A stretch of 64,000 nt of DNA from a virus (taxonomy: Duplodnaviria; Heunggongvirae; Uroviricota; Caudoviricetes): IMG/VR virus record IMGVR_UViG_3300042901_002340, one strand, 5' to 3'. Positions 16,613 to 26,339 of this stretch are shown here, one piece after another; position 1 is the stretch's first letter, and the number at the start of each line of letters is the position of its first letter. The translations under genes were made by a program, and so were the position numbers. The notes beneath the pieces are model-generated. The model was given only the letters and a program-made list of their open reading frames with translations, had not been told where the DNA came from and ran no database searches.

Positions 16613-19179
16613 TTTTTTTTTACTTCCTCGGATTCTTTAATATTATATCCACCACCATAAACTTCACGATCCTTTATATCAGAAGCTTCAAACCTAAAAT
16701 CACCATTCTTGTCATCAGGTGCTGATCTAAGATTATCCTTGCCTAATTCTTTACCATTTACTTTATTATGATTTCCAGGAGCAGCAGCTAAATTCTTTTT
16801 AGCGTTTGCGTTTTTACCTTTACCCATTGCATCATCACCAGGAGCATCGGAAAAATTAGGATCAGTTGTACCTTTAGTTAACTTGGATTTACCCTTTTTA
16901 TCAGGAGCATTAACTAGAGTTTTATTTTTAATAGCTGAAGCAGGAGCTTTTTTGTCATTTCCAGGGGCTTTAGAATAATTAGTTTTAGGTGTTCCGTTTT
17001 TAAGATCAGCCTTAGCCTCATTCATTGTTCTGTTATATCCATGTAATGAATCACCATCCATATCTATCTTTTCGTTGTCCGAAACAGGTGCTTTAGAGAA
17101 TCCGTGCATACCAGCAAGTTTCTTTAACATTTTCTTTTGTTCGCTTTCAGGAAGATCTGATTTATTAAGATTGTTTGATTCTTTAACCTCACCATTCTCA
17201 TCATTATTATCCTGAGAATCCGCAGACTCTTCATTGTTATCAGCAGCTTTATTTAAAGCTTCGTCCAAATCAGCAAGTTCATTTATCTGATGGTCAGCAG
17301 TTTTACCGCTATCCAAAAGAACTGTATATCTTCCGGATGAACCATCAATAGATATAACTTTACCTGTTTCCCCAGATTCCTTAACTTTTACAAAAGAACC
17401 AATATTGAATTTCTGATCCTCAAATAAATCTGGATTTGGTTGTAATTCTATATCCTCATCAATTTTTTGAATCTCTATATTTATTTGGTTCCATTTGGTT
17501 TTGAGTGACTGTAATTCTTTCTCCAACATCAAATGAGCAGCCTGTATTTCCTTCGAATTTTTATAAAGAGGATTAGATTCCATAAGCGTTTCAACTTTGG
17601 TAATTTCACCTTCTATTTTAGAAATATTCTCAAGTACTTTGTTTCTATCGTTAACCATAACAGATTTAACCTTAGATTCTCCATCAAGAAATTCCGTTAA
17701 TCCCTCAGATATATCATATCTCATAAAGTTTTTAACAAGTGCAACTGCCTGAGATCCATTAACCTCATAAAGGGAGTTTTCCCTCATAGCCTCATTTATT
17801 TTCTGAAGATAAATCTGGCCGTTCCATTTAAAAAGATTTATAGAAAGACCTTCATAAACATTTGATGTTATAGATTTAGCAAAATCCAATTCTACTATAT
17901 CGGAATAGTTTGTATAAAGAGTCATTATATCTCCAACAACTTCAGATTCATTAACACCAAAATATGAAGAGGATTCAAGACCTATTATTTTAGCAAGTCC
18001 TACTGAATCGCCAAATCTAAGTTTATCCTTCCCAAGATAAACAGCTACGTTATTATTTTCCTCCACCATGGTAACTATTTTTTTACCAAGCTTAACTGAG
18101 ATACCCGATTCGTTTATTCTAACGTGGGGTTTCATTGTGGTTAAGGAAAGTCTTAAATAATTTTCAGAAAGAGATGAATATTCATTTTTAGATAACTTTC
18201 TTAGTGAATTAGACGTAGCCTCAAAGATACATCCACCAATGAAGAAGAATGTTCTACCGTTTTCGAAAAGAACCGGAGAATAAACTTTAGAAACGCTTGA
18301 CTCTCCCTGGATGTTAACAGGTACTTCTAATTTTCTACCATCTGAGCTTTCATGTATGTTTAGAAAGTTTATAAGATTTTTAATAACAGGATTGAAACTA
18401 AATTTAGAAATATTTCTTACTAGCAATCCGTTTGATTTATTTTCAGAAACCAACCACTCATTAAGTGTTTCTGACAATTCAGAATAAAATGATGAGCTAC
18501 CGCTATTTTTAATAGATTCAAGAACTTTAGCAACCTCTATTTCTCTGGAGAATGATTTTGCTTTCTCTTTTAGTTCCTCAGCAATAGGTGCTATAGAAGA
18601 ATCCCAAGAAAAAGATGCAAGTTCATTAACAAAATTATTTATAAGTGAAAATTCAGGAATATTTTTATTATCCAAAAGATATTGATATTGTTCGCAAACC
18701 ATTTTTGCCTTAGGGTATGTATAGATTGAAGATTCTTTTATCTTCTCTATAGCACTTCTAATACCAAGATTCTTTATCCCTTGTGTTTCCACAAAAGATT
18801 TTGCAGCAAGATCAGAAGTTCCTAAATTGCTAATGCTCTCATATAAGGAATTTTCAGCATCCTTATTTTCTTTTGGTTTGTCTGAATAAGATCCACTATT
18901 ATTACCGGAGGTAGATTTTCCTAGACCTCCCCATGATTCCATTAGTGAAGCAGCAGCTTTTTTAGAGATCTCTGACTCCTCTTTTTTTATTAAATCCATA
19001 TGATTTTGTATGTTATTTCCGGTATTATCCAAATCCATAGACGTGTTATGTTCGTTAATCAAAACTACCAATTTCTCCTTAGAAATAGAACCACCACTAA
19101 GGTAGCTTTCACATAAAGCTCTAACTTCAGGGGATTTTGTAATTTCTTTTACTTTCTTAACTTGATCTATAAAGTCCAT
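16609..19179 (-). CDS. 856-aa head core/internal structural protein (coiled coil, SH3-like domain, low-complexity AP-repeat tail)
   Basis: Late octamer at 19203-19210; many [LIVM]xE(S) sites; FNIGSFVKVKESGETGKVISID; SKAP/NAP/DAP/AAP/SAP repeats. Confidence 0.6.
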   Translation of the reverse strand: MDFIDQVKKVKEITKSPEVRALCESYLSGGSISKEKLVVLINEHNTSMDLDNTGNNIQNHMDLIKKEESEISKKAAASLMESWGGLGKSTSGNNSGSYSDKPKENKDAENSLYESISNLGTSDLAAKSFVETQGIKNLGIRSAIEKIKESSIYTYPKAKMVCEQYQYLLDNKNIPEFSLINNFVNELASFSWDSSIAPIAEELKEKAKSFSREIEVAKVLESIKNSGSSSFYSELSETLNEWLVSENKSNGLLVRNISKFSFNPVIKNLINFLNIHESSDGRKLEVPVNIQGESSVSKVYSPVLFENGRTFFFIGGCIFEATSNSLRKLSKNEYSSLSENYLRLSLTTMKPHVRINESGISVKLGKKIVTMVEENNNVAVYLGKDKLRFGDSVGLAKIIGLESSSYFGVNESEVVGDIMTLYTNYSDIVELDFAKSITSNVYEGLSINLFKWNGQIYLQKINEAMRENSLYEVNGSQAVALVKNFMRYDISEGLTEFLDGESKVKSVMVNDRNKVLENISKIEGEITKVETLMESNPLYKNSKEIQAAHLMLEKELQSLKTKWNQINIEIQKIDEDIELQPNPDLFEDQKFNIGSFVKVKESGETGKVISIDGSSGRYTVLLDSGKTADHQINELADLDEALNKAADNNEESADSQDNNDENGEVKESNNLNKSDLPESEQKKMLKKLAGMHGFSKAPVSDNEKIDMDGDSLHGYNRTMNEAKADLKNGTPKTNYSKAPGNDKKAPASAIKNKTLVNAPDKKGKSKLTKGTTDPNFSDAPGDDAMGKGKNANAKKNLAAAPGNHNKVNGKELGKDNLRSAPDDKNGDFRFEASDIKDREVYGGGYNIKESEEVKKN

Positions 19180-19262
19180 GGTTTACTTTTTTTTTTATTG
19201 ATTATATATCCATACAAGGACAAGAAACTTTTTACTATATATTTGATAAGAGAAATATTTTA

Positions 19263-19748
19263 TCACCTTCCTATTAATATCTCCAGTTTTATCTGAAAGT
19301 CATTATGCGGGTTGTTAAATATCATTCCTCCGTTATTTAAGTATTCATTAGGTTTTGCTAAATTCCAGCCCTCATAAGAAGAATCTGTAGTATATTGCTT
19401 ACTTCCAGAAAGTATCATCAATTCTCCCATATTCATAACTTGGCCATTATATGTCCAAGTTAGATATTTTTTAGATTCAACAACAGTAGTAGGAAATTTT
19501 GCTTTTATAGCAATGAAAGAAACATAACCCATTTCATCACCTATAGCTCCCTGACTTAATAGGAATGATTCCCCCGCATTAAGAGAAACCCGACTTTTAG
19601 AAAATGATTCAACACCTATAAAGAGATCCTTCATGGAAAGATATTTGGGTGGTGATGACTTTGTTCCGTCATCTAAAACTAAATTTTCTTTATAAAATCT
19701 AAATCCTTCCGGTGTTTGATAAGGACATTCTACTGGTCTTGTTGCCAT
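19263..19748 (-). CDS. Hypothetical beta-rich structural protein, paralog of the adjacent gene
   Basis: MGELMILSG...GW...GGMIFNNP...KLEILI. Confidence 0.55.
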   Translation of the reverse strand: MATRPVECPYQTPEGFRFYKENLVLDDGTKSSPPKYLSMKDLFIGVESFSKSRVSLNAGESFLLSQGAIGDEMGYVSFIAIKAKFPTTVVESKKYLTWTYNGQVMNMGELMILSGSKQYTTDSSYEGWNLAKPNEYLNNGGMIFNNPHNDFQIKLEILIGR

Positions 19749-19749
19749 A

Positions 19750-20439
19750 TTAATTTGCTGTTATTATTGTTAATTTCACAACTAATTCTGTTGGGTTAGT
19801 AAATATAAATCCACCATTAGCGCTATTGGGTAAATCGGAGTGATTATATGTGCTGAATGGATCTATATCCCATCCTTTCCAATTGACCCCCTCCTTTATT
19901 GCTCCGGTTAAAACCATAAAATCACCCATCAAATTTCTTTGTGATCCTAGATAATCCCAGAATAATACTCTATCATCATCCTTAGCTTCCGGTAAATATT
20001 CAGCTCTTGCAATTAGCATAGATATCTCCCCGTTTGTATCCATAAATGATCCTGGATCCAGATTGAAAGATGTTGTTGGATTTATTATTATTGTTTGTTT
20101 CTGGTAATTTGAAAAACTCTGAAGAGGATGGAAAAATTCAGCAACATCAATAAAATCCAAAACCTGTGATTGGTAAACAACGTCGAATGACTCCTTTATA
20201 AATTTAATACCAACAGGATCATTAAATCGCTGAAAAGTTGCTTCTATCTGTTTAAATTGACTTGTGTCTAATGCTATATTTCTATACTCCGTCTTAAAAG
20301 ATCCAGTAGCACCATTTGTTGGTTCCTGATTGGGGCTTATAGGGAAACCTGAACCACCTCCGGATATCTCATTACCGCCAGGAAATACAGATGATCCACC
20401 ATCGTAATTATTTATGCTAGGATTTTCTAAATTTTGCAC
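19750..20439 (-). CDS. Hypothetical beta-rich structural protein, paralog of the adjacent gene
   Basis: MGDFMVLTG...GW...GGFIFTNP...KLTIIT. Confidence 0.55.
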   Translation of the reverse strand: MQNLENPSINNYDGGSSVFPGGNEISGGGSGFPISPNQEPTNGATGSFKTEYRNIALDTSQFKQIEATFQRFNDPVGIKFIKESFDVVYQSQVLDFIDVAEFFHPLQSFSNYQKQTIIINPTTSFNLDPGSFMDTNGEISMLIARAEYLPEAKDDDRVLFWDYLGSQRNLMGDFMVLTGAIKEGVNWKGWDIDPFSTYNHSDLPNSANGGFIFTNPTELVVKLTIITAN

Positions 20440-20453
20440 AATCTTCTATTATT

Positions 20454-21080
20454 TTATTTTATTCTGGTAGGATCCTGATGAGGAGTCTCCCTGTAGACAA
20501 GGTCCCTTAAACTTACCTGCTGATGATCTTCCACCGGTTGAATTTCATTAGTAATATCAATATTTACTGGTTCTTCATTCAGTGCAGATGTATCTAAATT
20601 TTCAGAATCATCACCCTCTGGATTTTTGTTAGTCTCTTCTGCTTCCGGTCTTATGTAATCAACCAAAGACTTTATAAATCCTAGAGAAACAAGGGGTAAT
20701 ATAGCACCACTTATTATGGAAAGAATTCTTTTCTGATAAATTGGGTCCTCGTCAACCAGTCCAAATAATTCTATCCATCCAGCAAAATCATTCAGGTGTG
20801 AATATGCATAGTAAGTATTACCCATAGCTTGAACCAGTGTTAGAATTATAAATAAACTCCATACTACAAATTTATTCATCTTATCCAAAACAACCAATGA
20901 CGCAAGCGATGCCGCAGCTCCCACCTCGAAAGCTAATGCTAAAGATATAGCTAACCATTCAGGATTCGATAATCTGAAAAAATCTATAACGTGTATAGTT
21001 GATATAATAGAAACAATCAGATATAAAACAACAAAAGTTGTTATAACAAACCCGCTAACTAATTTGCTTTTATTCGTCAT
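20454..21080 (-). CDS. Four-helix membrane protein (holin/lysis candidate)
   Basis: Four hydrophobic segments and an acidic tail; late operon. Confidence 0.5.
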   Translation of the reverse strand: MTNKSKLVSGFVITTFVVLYLIVSIISTIHVIDFFRLSNPEWLAISLALAFEVGAAASLASLVVLDKMNKFVVWSLFIILTLVQAMGNTYYAYSHLNDFAGWIELFGLVDEDPIYQKRILSIISGAILPLVSLGFIKSLVDYIRPEAEETNKNPEGDDSENLDTSALNEEPVNIDITNEIQPVEDHQQVSLRDLVYRETPHQDPTRIK

Positions 21081-21087
21081 GTTATTT

Positions 21088-21360
21088 TTATTTTACTAAA
21101 CCTATTTCCTTATCTATTTCGCTTTGTCTATTAACATCGAGAATTTTTCTATCCGTTGATTGTATCATTCTTTTCTCAACTCTAAGACCCTCAATTCTAA
21201 TATCCCTATCGGTAGGTAAACTATCAACCTTCGCTTCAATCCTGGATTCTTGCTTTTTCAGTGCTTTTAGATCGGATCCATTTCCACAGGATTTAAAGTA
21301 TATCAGAACCAAAAGTCCAATAATTATTTTATTACCGTGTTCCTTAAAAAAGTTATTCAT
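21088..21360 (-). CDS. Small predicted lipoprotein / membrane-anchored coiled coil (spanin-like candidate)
   Basis: KIIIGLLVLIYFKSCG signal with Cys; coiled coil; GATATATA at 21387-21394. Confidence 0.45.
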   Translation of the reverse strand: MNNFFKEHGNKIIIGLLVLIYFKSCGNGSDLKALKKQESRIEAKVDSLPTDRDIRIEGLRVEKRMIQSTDRKILDVNRQSEIDKEIGLVK

Positions 21361-21408
21361 AATTATATGTTTAAAAATTTATCTACTATATATCTGAAAA
21401 AATAAACA

Positions 21409-21436
21409 CAAAAAAAGCCAGACTATGTCTGGCTTT
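21409..21436 (-). terminator. Intrinsic terminator
   Basis: aaagccagac-tat-gtctggcttt with U-tract. Confidence 0.8.
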
Positions 21437-21459
21437 AATTTTTCTATATAATCTGAATA

Positions 21460-21990
21460 TTACCCCAGAGTCATTCCTTGCATTGCTGCATTAAGTTGGG
21501 CCTCTATATCTTTAACATCAGATGCATCTTTTTTAGCATCAGATAAAGCCTGATCAAAAGCTTTATATAACGTGATGAATTCGTTTGCACTTTCAAGACC
21601 GGTACCTCTAGATTTTGATATAAAATAGTGGCTAGCCTCTAAGGGAAGAGCACCAAGATAAATGACATCATCTTTTATTCCGTCCTTCGCTATTTTTTGT
21701 ATCTCTTTATTGATTTGAATCACACCAAGAGCTTCAGTGGATGTCCATTCTGCTTTATTTACTACGAAATCTTTATACAATTCAAAAATTTCCTTGGTAC
21801 AAGAAACCGCATAAACTTTCGTTCTGATTTCGGTTTTCTTTTCCTCTAGTTTTTCCTTTAATTCTCCAATTAGAGCATCATCTAAATTACTGATGAAATC
21901 ATTTTCATTAAAATCAACAGTGGATGATGCATCAGGACCCATGCTTATTGTCTCGATTTTTTCTGCTTCTTTCTTATTGTTTTTTGACAT
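21460..21990 (-). CDS. Hypothetical helical protein (start revised to ATG 21990)
   Basis: The first 20 codons of the track ORF are low-complexity and contain a class-2 promoter (22011-22037). Confidence 0.6.
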   Translation of the reverse strand: MSKNNKKEAEKIETISMGPDASSTVDFNENDFISNLDDALIGELKEKLEEKKTEIRTKVYAVSCTKEIFELYKDFVVNKAEWTSTEALGVIQINKEIQKIAKDGIKDDVIYLGALPLEASHYFISKSRGTGLESANEFITLYKAFDQALSDAKKDASDVKDIEAQLNAAMQGMTLG

Positions 21991-22036
21991 AATATTTTTA
22001 TATTTTATATTTTTAGTATTTTTTTTGTTTTTGTTT

Positions 22037-22882
22037 CTATGATAAATCAAAAATATCTAGATTATTACATCTATTTTGATCCAAATATGCTCTTAAAGGT
22101 TCTCTTAGGTCTTTAGCAGGATATATCTTAGGTTCGCTTTCTGGTCCTATATGACACAAAAAACCACTTTCTGTCTCTATCCCAAGTTCATCTTCCAATA
22201 TGAGTCTATAAAGTGATATCTGTATAGAATATTCATTGTGGTGATTTTCATACAAAAAACTAAACGGTCTAAGTAGCTTTTTATATTTTCCTTTCGGGTG
22301 GTTATCATCCTTAAACTCACCATTTGTCTTCCAATCACCTAATATAAAAAGTACCTTATTTCTCTTAGAATCCCAGAATAAGAATGGCTGATCTATGGTA
22401 CCAGCTAATCTCCACTTTTTTGAAAATATCCTCAATTCAGATTTTAATGGGACTAGAGAATGAAATTTCCTATTGTATAGGTCCATAAATTTATCAACTC
22501 TGGATCTATATTCAGTATCAGCATCGGGTAATTGCGGATCTAATCCACTCCAGAAATCCTCTATAAACTTATGTACTTTAGTTCCAAGTTCATTAGCGAC
22601 GTCGCCTTTTTCTTTCCATTCGTTCAATATAACAGATTGCTCAACTCCACGCTCTCTAGCTTTTTTCTTGGACCAATATTCCTTATCAAATGGGGTTTTA
22701 AAAGTTTTAAGATACGTAGTAACAGAATCAAACTTTACACCATTGTATCTATAAACGTGGCTAGGTTCGTCAAAATCGAATCTATTGTCATTAAAGAATT
22801 TTAGTTTATCGTTTATCTCATTCTTCGCCTTCTCTATAGCTTCTACCATGGAAGATGTAATAGATTGGATACGTAATCCCAT
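22037..22882 (-). CDS. PD-(D/E)XK exonuclease (start may be 22849)
   Basis: SVTT, GTKVH, LAGTIDQ, GDWKTN, YSIQISLY. Confidence 0.85.
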   Translation of the reverse strand: MGLRIQSITSSMVEAIEKAKNEINDKLKFFNDNRFDFDEPSHVYRYNGVKFDSVTTYLKTFKTPFDKEYWSKKKARERGVEQSVILNEWKEKGDVANELGTKVHKFIEDFWSGLDPQLPDADTEYRSRVDKFMDLYNRKFHSLVPLKSELRIFSKKWRLAGTIDQPFLFWDSKRNKVLFILGDWKTNGEFKDDNHPKGKYKKLLRPFSFLYENHHNEYSIQISLYRLILEDELGIETESGFLCHIGPESEPKIYPAKDLREPLRAYLDQNRCNNLDIFDLS

Positions 22883-23289
22883 TTAATATAAATTAGTAAT
22901 ATTAAAGCAATTTCCGATATGAATCTAAATATCCAGATCCAGCTAATTTCTCTGAAAACGAATTGGTAAACAACAAGATATGACTCGTCATTTGTACCCT
23001 TTACAGGATCTATCCATAAAGTCAATATCTCCTCAAGGTTTAACGACTTCAGATAAGCATTTATTGGTTTTATTTCATTCAATACAAAGGAAGGTCTAGC
23101 TTCCTTGGGAAGATCATTAGACATCAATACCTCAGGTGGTAAATTAACAACTGTGTATATTCTATTAAGATAATCTCTCCTTAAATTCTTCCTACTCCAT
23201 AGAGGGGAGTTAAGTTCCTCCGATTTTATTTGTTTAACATATTCTCTATATAGAGATATCTCCTTTAGGACTCTGAGCAATCTAAACAT
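22843..23289 (-). CDS. Hypothetical protein with C-terminal transmembrane helix
   Basis: ORF; WIWIFRFISEIALILLIYI; class-2 promoter at 23305-23331. Confidence 0.6.
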   Translation of the reverse strand: MFRLLRVLKEISLYREYVKQIKSEELNSPLWSRKNLRRDYLNRIYTVVNLPPEVLMSNDLPKEARPSFVLNEIKPINAYLKSLNLEEILTLWIDPVKGTNDESYLVVYQFVFREISWIWIFRFISEIALILLIYIKWDYVSNLLHLPW

Positions 23290-23321
23290 AACATTTTTAT
23301 TATTTTATACTGGAAAACAAA

Positions 23322-24002
23322 TCAAAGTTTCTCAGATGGTAATTTTGATGGTGAATTATTTGTTTTGCATCTACTTTTCCCAGTAATAATTTCAACAGAT
23401 TCAGGACCAACATTTTTTGTTATCTTATTTCTCGCTCTTCTTATTCTGGTAGCTACCGATCTCTTCTTAAGATCATACTTTTCCGCTATATCCTTATATT
23501 TCATATTATTGATTTCCCTATCAATCATTATGTTTTTATAAAGGTCAGGAAGATTCTCTATTTCCTCTATAACAGATCCATATATCTCATCAAATTTGTT
23601 AGTTTCATTAAAAAATGAATTTGATTGATCCTCCTCCATATTATATGTTCCCCCAACATCACCAATTTCATTATTCGATGAAAAGAATTCCATTTCTAAA
23701 CTTGTTCTCGCGTTATATTTCTTCTCCTCCTTCATTAAAAGAAGAGTTTCGTTTCTTGCTATATTATAGCACCATGTTGAAAAATTACCTCTCTCGTCAT
23801 TATACTGATCTATTTTTTGCCATATCTTGGACATGGTGTTCAGGAAGGCATCCTCCGCTAGAGAAGGATCCTTCACTATTAAAAAACAGTGATTAAGTAT
23901 GCCAGGTTTTAATCTTTCAAAGAGATCTCTGAATGATTTATCAGATTTTTGTTTTATAAATTCTCCCGCTAATTTTTGTATATTTTTTTCCTTTCCTTGC
24001 AT
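23322..24002 (-). CDS. RNA polymerase sigma factor, sigma-70 ECF subfamily
   Basis: Region 2 LAEDAFLNTMSKIWQKIDQY...FSTWCYNIARN; region 4 IENLPDLYK...YKDIAEKYDL...VATRIRRAR. Confidence 0.9.
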   Translation of the reverse strand: MQGKEKNIQKLAGEFIKQKSDKSFRDLFERLKPGILNHCFLIVKDPSLAEDAFLNTMSKIWQKIDQYNDERGNFSTWCYNIARNETLLLMKEEKKYNARTSLEMEFFSSNNEIGDVGGTYNMEEDQSNSFFNETNKFDEIYGSVIEEIENLPDLYKNIMIDREINNMKYKDIAEKYDLKKRSVATRIRRARNKITKNVGPESVEIITGKSRCKTNNSPSKLPSEKL

Positions 24003-24003
24003 A

Positions 24004-24579
24004 TTATTGTTTTTTTCTTAAGATTTCTATTCCTGCTTCAGCAAGGAAAGCTATTGATTCTGGTTTTCTGTAAATTTCTGAAAATACCACTCTTCTAATA
24101 CCTGATTGTATTATTAGTTTAGAACATTCGTAACATGGGGATAGAGTTACATATAATGTTGACCCATCGGAGCTTTGTGTTCCTCTCGCTAATTTTGTTA
24201 TTGCATTAGCTTCAGCGTGTAGCACATACGGTAATGTAACATCATTAACCTCGCATATATTGGGAAACCCGCTAGGAGATCCATTGTATCCATCCGATAT
24301 TATTGACTTATCCTTGACTATAAGAGAACCAACCTGCATTCTTTTGCATTTAGAATTCTTCGACCAAACTTGAGCCATCTCCATGTATATCGAGTCTTTT
24401 TCATGTTGCTTTGGTTCAGTAAATTTTATATTTGGGTCATCCGAATAGAACACTTCATAACTGATGGTGGAATCATATCCAGACAAAGATTTAATTATTT
24501 TTCTTTCAATCTTCCAGGTGGGTTTTTTTAGAAAATCCTCTGTTATAAAAGAGGTATCTCCGTGGATTTCAAATTTCAT
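24004..24579 (-). CDS. dCMP deaminase
   Basis: GYNG, HAEANAI, TLSPCYECSKLIIQSGI. Confidence 0.92.
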   Translation of the reverse strand: MKFEIHGDTSFITEDFLKKPTWKIERKIIKSLSGYDSTISYEVFYSDDPNIKFTEPKQHEKDSIYMEMAQVWSKNSKCKRMQVGSLIVKDKSIISDGYNGSPSGFPNICEVNDVTLPYVLHAEANAITKLARGTQSSDGSTLYVTLSPCYECSKLIIQSGIRRVVFSEIYRKPESIAFLAEAGIEILRKKQ

Positions 24580-24602
24580 GGGGCAGATTTTTTAATATCT
24601 TA

Positions 24603-24634
24603 CAAATATAAATCAAAAATACGGGATAAAAAAA
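24603..24634 (-). promoter_or_regulatory. Putative early promoter CG-N11-TATATTTG driving dCMP deaminase and the ECF sigma
   Basis: TAnnTTTG at 24610-24603, CG at 24622-24623. Confidence 0.75.
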
Positions 24635-24652
24635 TAAATTTGGAATTATTTT

Positions 24653-26311
24653 CTAAATTCTTCTAGAATCAGGCCTCATTGGAGAATCAAGAGAAGTTAC
24701 ACTTAATGGACCTTCTAACAGAGACCCCATTCTACTGAGTGCAGCTATAATAGTATCAATATCCTTCCTTGTAATGGAACCTCCACTGGATGCATTATCT
24801 TCACTCTTTGGTGCACTACTACTATCTGTTGTTGATGCACCTTCGGTATTTGATTCAGTTGAATTACCGGAAGCTTCTTTTACTGGAGATGTCACAGGCT
24901 CAGGAACAGGGGCAGCTTTTTGTGCTGGTTCAGCTTTGGTCTTAGATAAAGATACATTCGACAAGGAGGGTAAGTTCTTTTTAATATCACCACCAGAAAT
25001 ACCAGGATTCTCAACGTTTTCCTTTGAACCTTTCTTAAGAAAAGAAAGACCAGGATTCTCAACGTTTTCATTTGAACCTTTCTTAAGAAAAGAAAGACCG
25101 GAGGTTAAAGAACTCTTAGCAATATCGGGTATATTGAGATCCGACTTATTTATTAGTGTATCTGCAGATCCCTTTAGAGTTCCAGTTAATTTATCCTTTA
25201 ATCCACCACCTAATAATCCAGAAGCCCCGGATTCTATTTTTCCAGCTACACCCTTAATATTATCTTTAGAGAATGTCTTAGAAAAAAGACCTGGTTTTTT
25301 CTCAACCATCTCCGGAGAATTCTTACTAGTCTCTAAATTGGAAGATTCGTCTTTTTTTGGTATTTCGGATTTACCAGAAACTATACTTTCGGGTTTAGTA
25401 ACAACCTTAGGTTCAACGGAAGATAAACTTTCAGATTTATTAGCTGGTTTACCTAGCTTTGCTATATCCTCCTTAGTAAAAGTTTTTTGTTCGCTCTTAA
25501 TCCTATAGTTTTCTATATAATACTCAAGTTCATCATTAAGTTCATCCGGATCCGAATAAAAAACGGGATCCTCACTTAAAAGTTGACTTCTCTTCTCATC
25601 AATCTCCTCCTTGGATGGATACTTGGTACCATTTTTTTTCTTAAGCTTGTCGTTGATCGATGAAGGCTTCTCTGATAATATTGCTTCAGTCTTATCATTA
25701 GGTATAACAGTAGTATCTTTAGGAAGTTTAGCAATTTCAGGACCTCCCTCGCCCACAAGATAAGCTCCAGGAATTTCAACCTTACCACCACTCTTAAATC
25801 CACCAAGTATACCCTTCCCTATGTTCCCAACAGACCCAGATATAAAATCCTTAACACCAGAGCCGGAGGTAAGGTTCTTAGCCATCCCGCCAAGATCCAT
25901 ATTTTTAAGATCGGAAACTCCCTTAAATGATTCAGTTATTCCCTTTACATCAAATCCTTTCAGACCCTCAGTTATACCTTTGAAATCAAGTCCCTTTAAT
26001 CCCTTTTCAAGTCCTTTGAAATCAAGGCTTTTAATGCCATTTTCAAGGCCTTTAAAGTCCAACTTATCTATACCCTTTAATCCATCTTTAAGTCCCTTAA
26101 ATTCATCCTTAAGTCCCTTAAAATCGAGGGATTTTAATCCCTCCGCTATCTTTGCTGCATCCTTTGATTCAGATGGAGCTTTACTTTCAACAGAATCAGC
26201 TTTTACTAGATCCTTATTAACGGTTGTATTCTTTTTTACCTCACCAGAAAGTTTATCTATGTTTCTGCTAAGATCTAGTAATTGAGAAATAAGTTTTGGG
26301 TCGGTAGCCAT
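24653..26311 (-). CDS. Tape-measure-like / baseplate hub protein
   Basis: Position after tubes and chaperone; ~12-aa LDFKGLxxGLKG amphipathic repeats; GGKV...YLVGEGGPE motif typical of tape measure proteins. Confidence 0.55.
   Translation of the reverse strand: MATDPKLISQLLDLSRNIDKLSGEVKKNTTVNKDLVKADSVESKAPSESKDAAKIAEGLKSLDFKGLKDEFKGLKDGLKGIDKLDFKGLENGIKSLDFKGLEKGLKGLDFKGITEGLKGFDVKGITESFKGVSDLKNMDLGGMAKNLTSGSGVKDFISGSVGNIGKGILGGFKSGGKVEIPGAYLVGEGGPEIAKLPKDTTVIPNDKTEAILSEKPSSINDKLKKKNGTKYPSKEEIDEKRSQLLSEDPVFYSDPDELNDELEYYIENYRIKSEQKTFTKEDIAKLGKPANKSESLSSVEPKVVTKPESIVSGKSEIPKKDESSNLETSKNSPEMVEKKPGLFSKTFSKDNIKGVAGKIESGASGLLGGGLKDKLTGTLKGSADTLINKSDLNIPDIAKSSLTSGLSFLKKGSNENVENPGLSFLKKGSKENVENPGISGGDIKKNLPSLSNVSLSKTKAEPAQKAAPVPEPVTSPVKEASGNSTESNTEGASTTDSSSAPKSEDNASSGGSITRKDIDTIIAALSRMGSLLEGPLSVTSLDSPMRPDSRRI
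25001..25096. repeat. 48-bp tandem duplication (1 mismatch), GLSFLKKGS(N/K)ENVENP x2
   Basis: accaggattctcaacgttttc(c/a)tttgaacctttcttaagaaaagaaag twice. Confidence 0.95.
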
Positions 26312-26339
26312 TTTATGTTTATTCTATATATTTTAAAAT

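Noticed and set aside
16360-19245. TATATTTG on the + strand at 16360 and 19238 as antisense early promoters
   Set aside because: Both lack the CG-N11 context; the 19238 site overlaps a late-type motif on the other strand.
22037-22882. Cas4 / CRISPR-associated nuclease
   Set aside because: PD-(D/E)XK core, but no four-Cys Fe-S pattern, cas genes or array.
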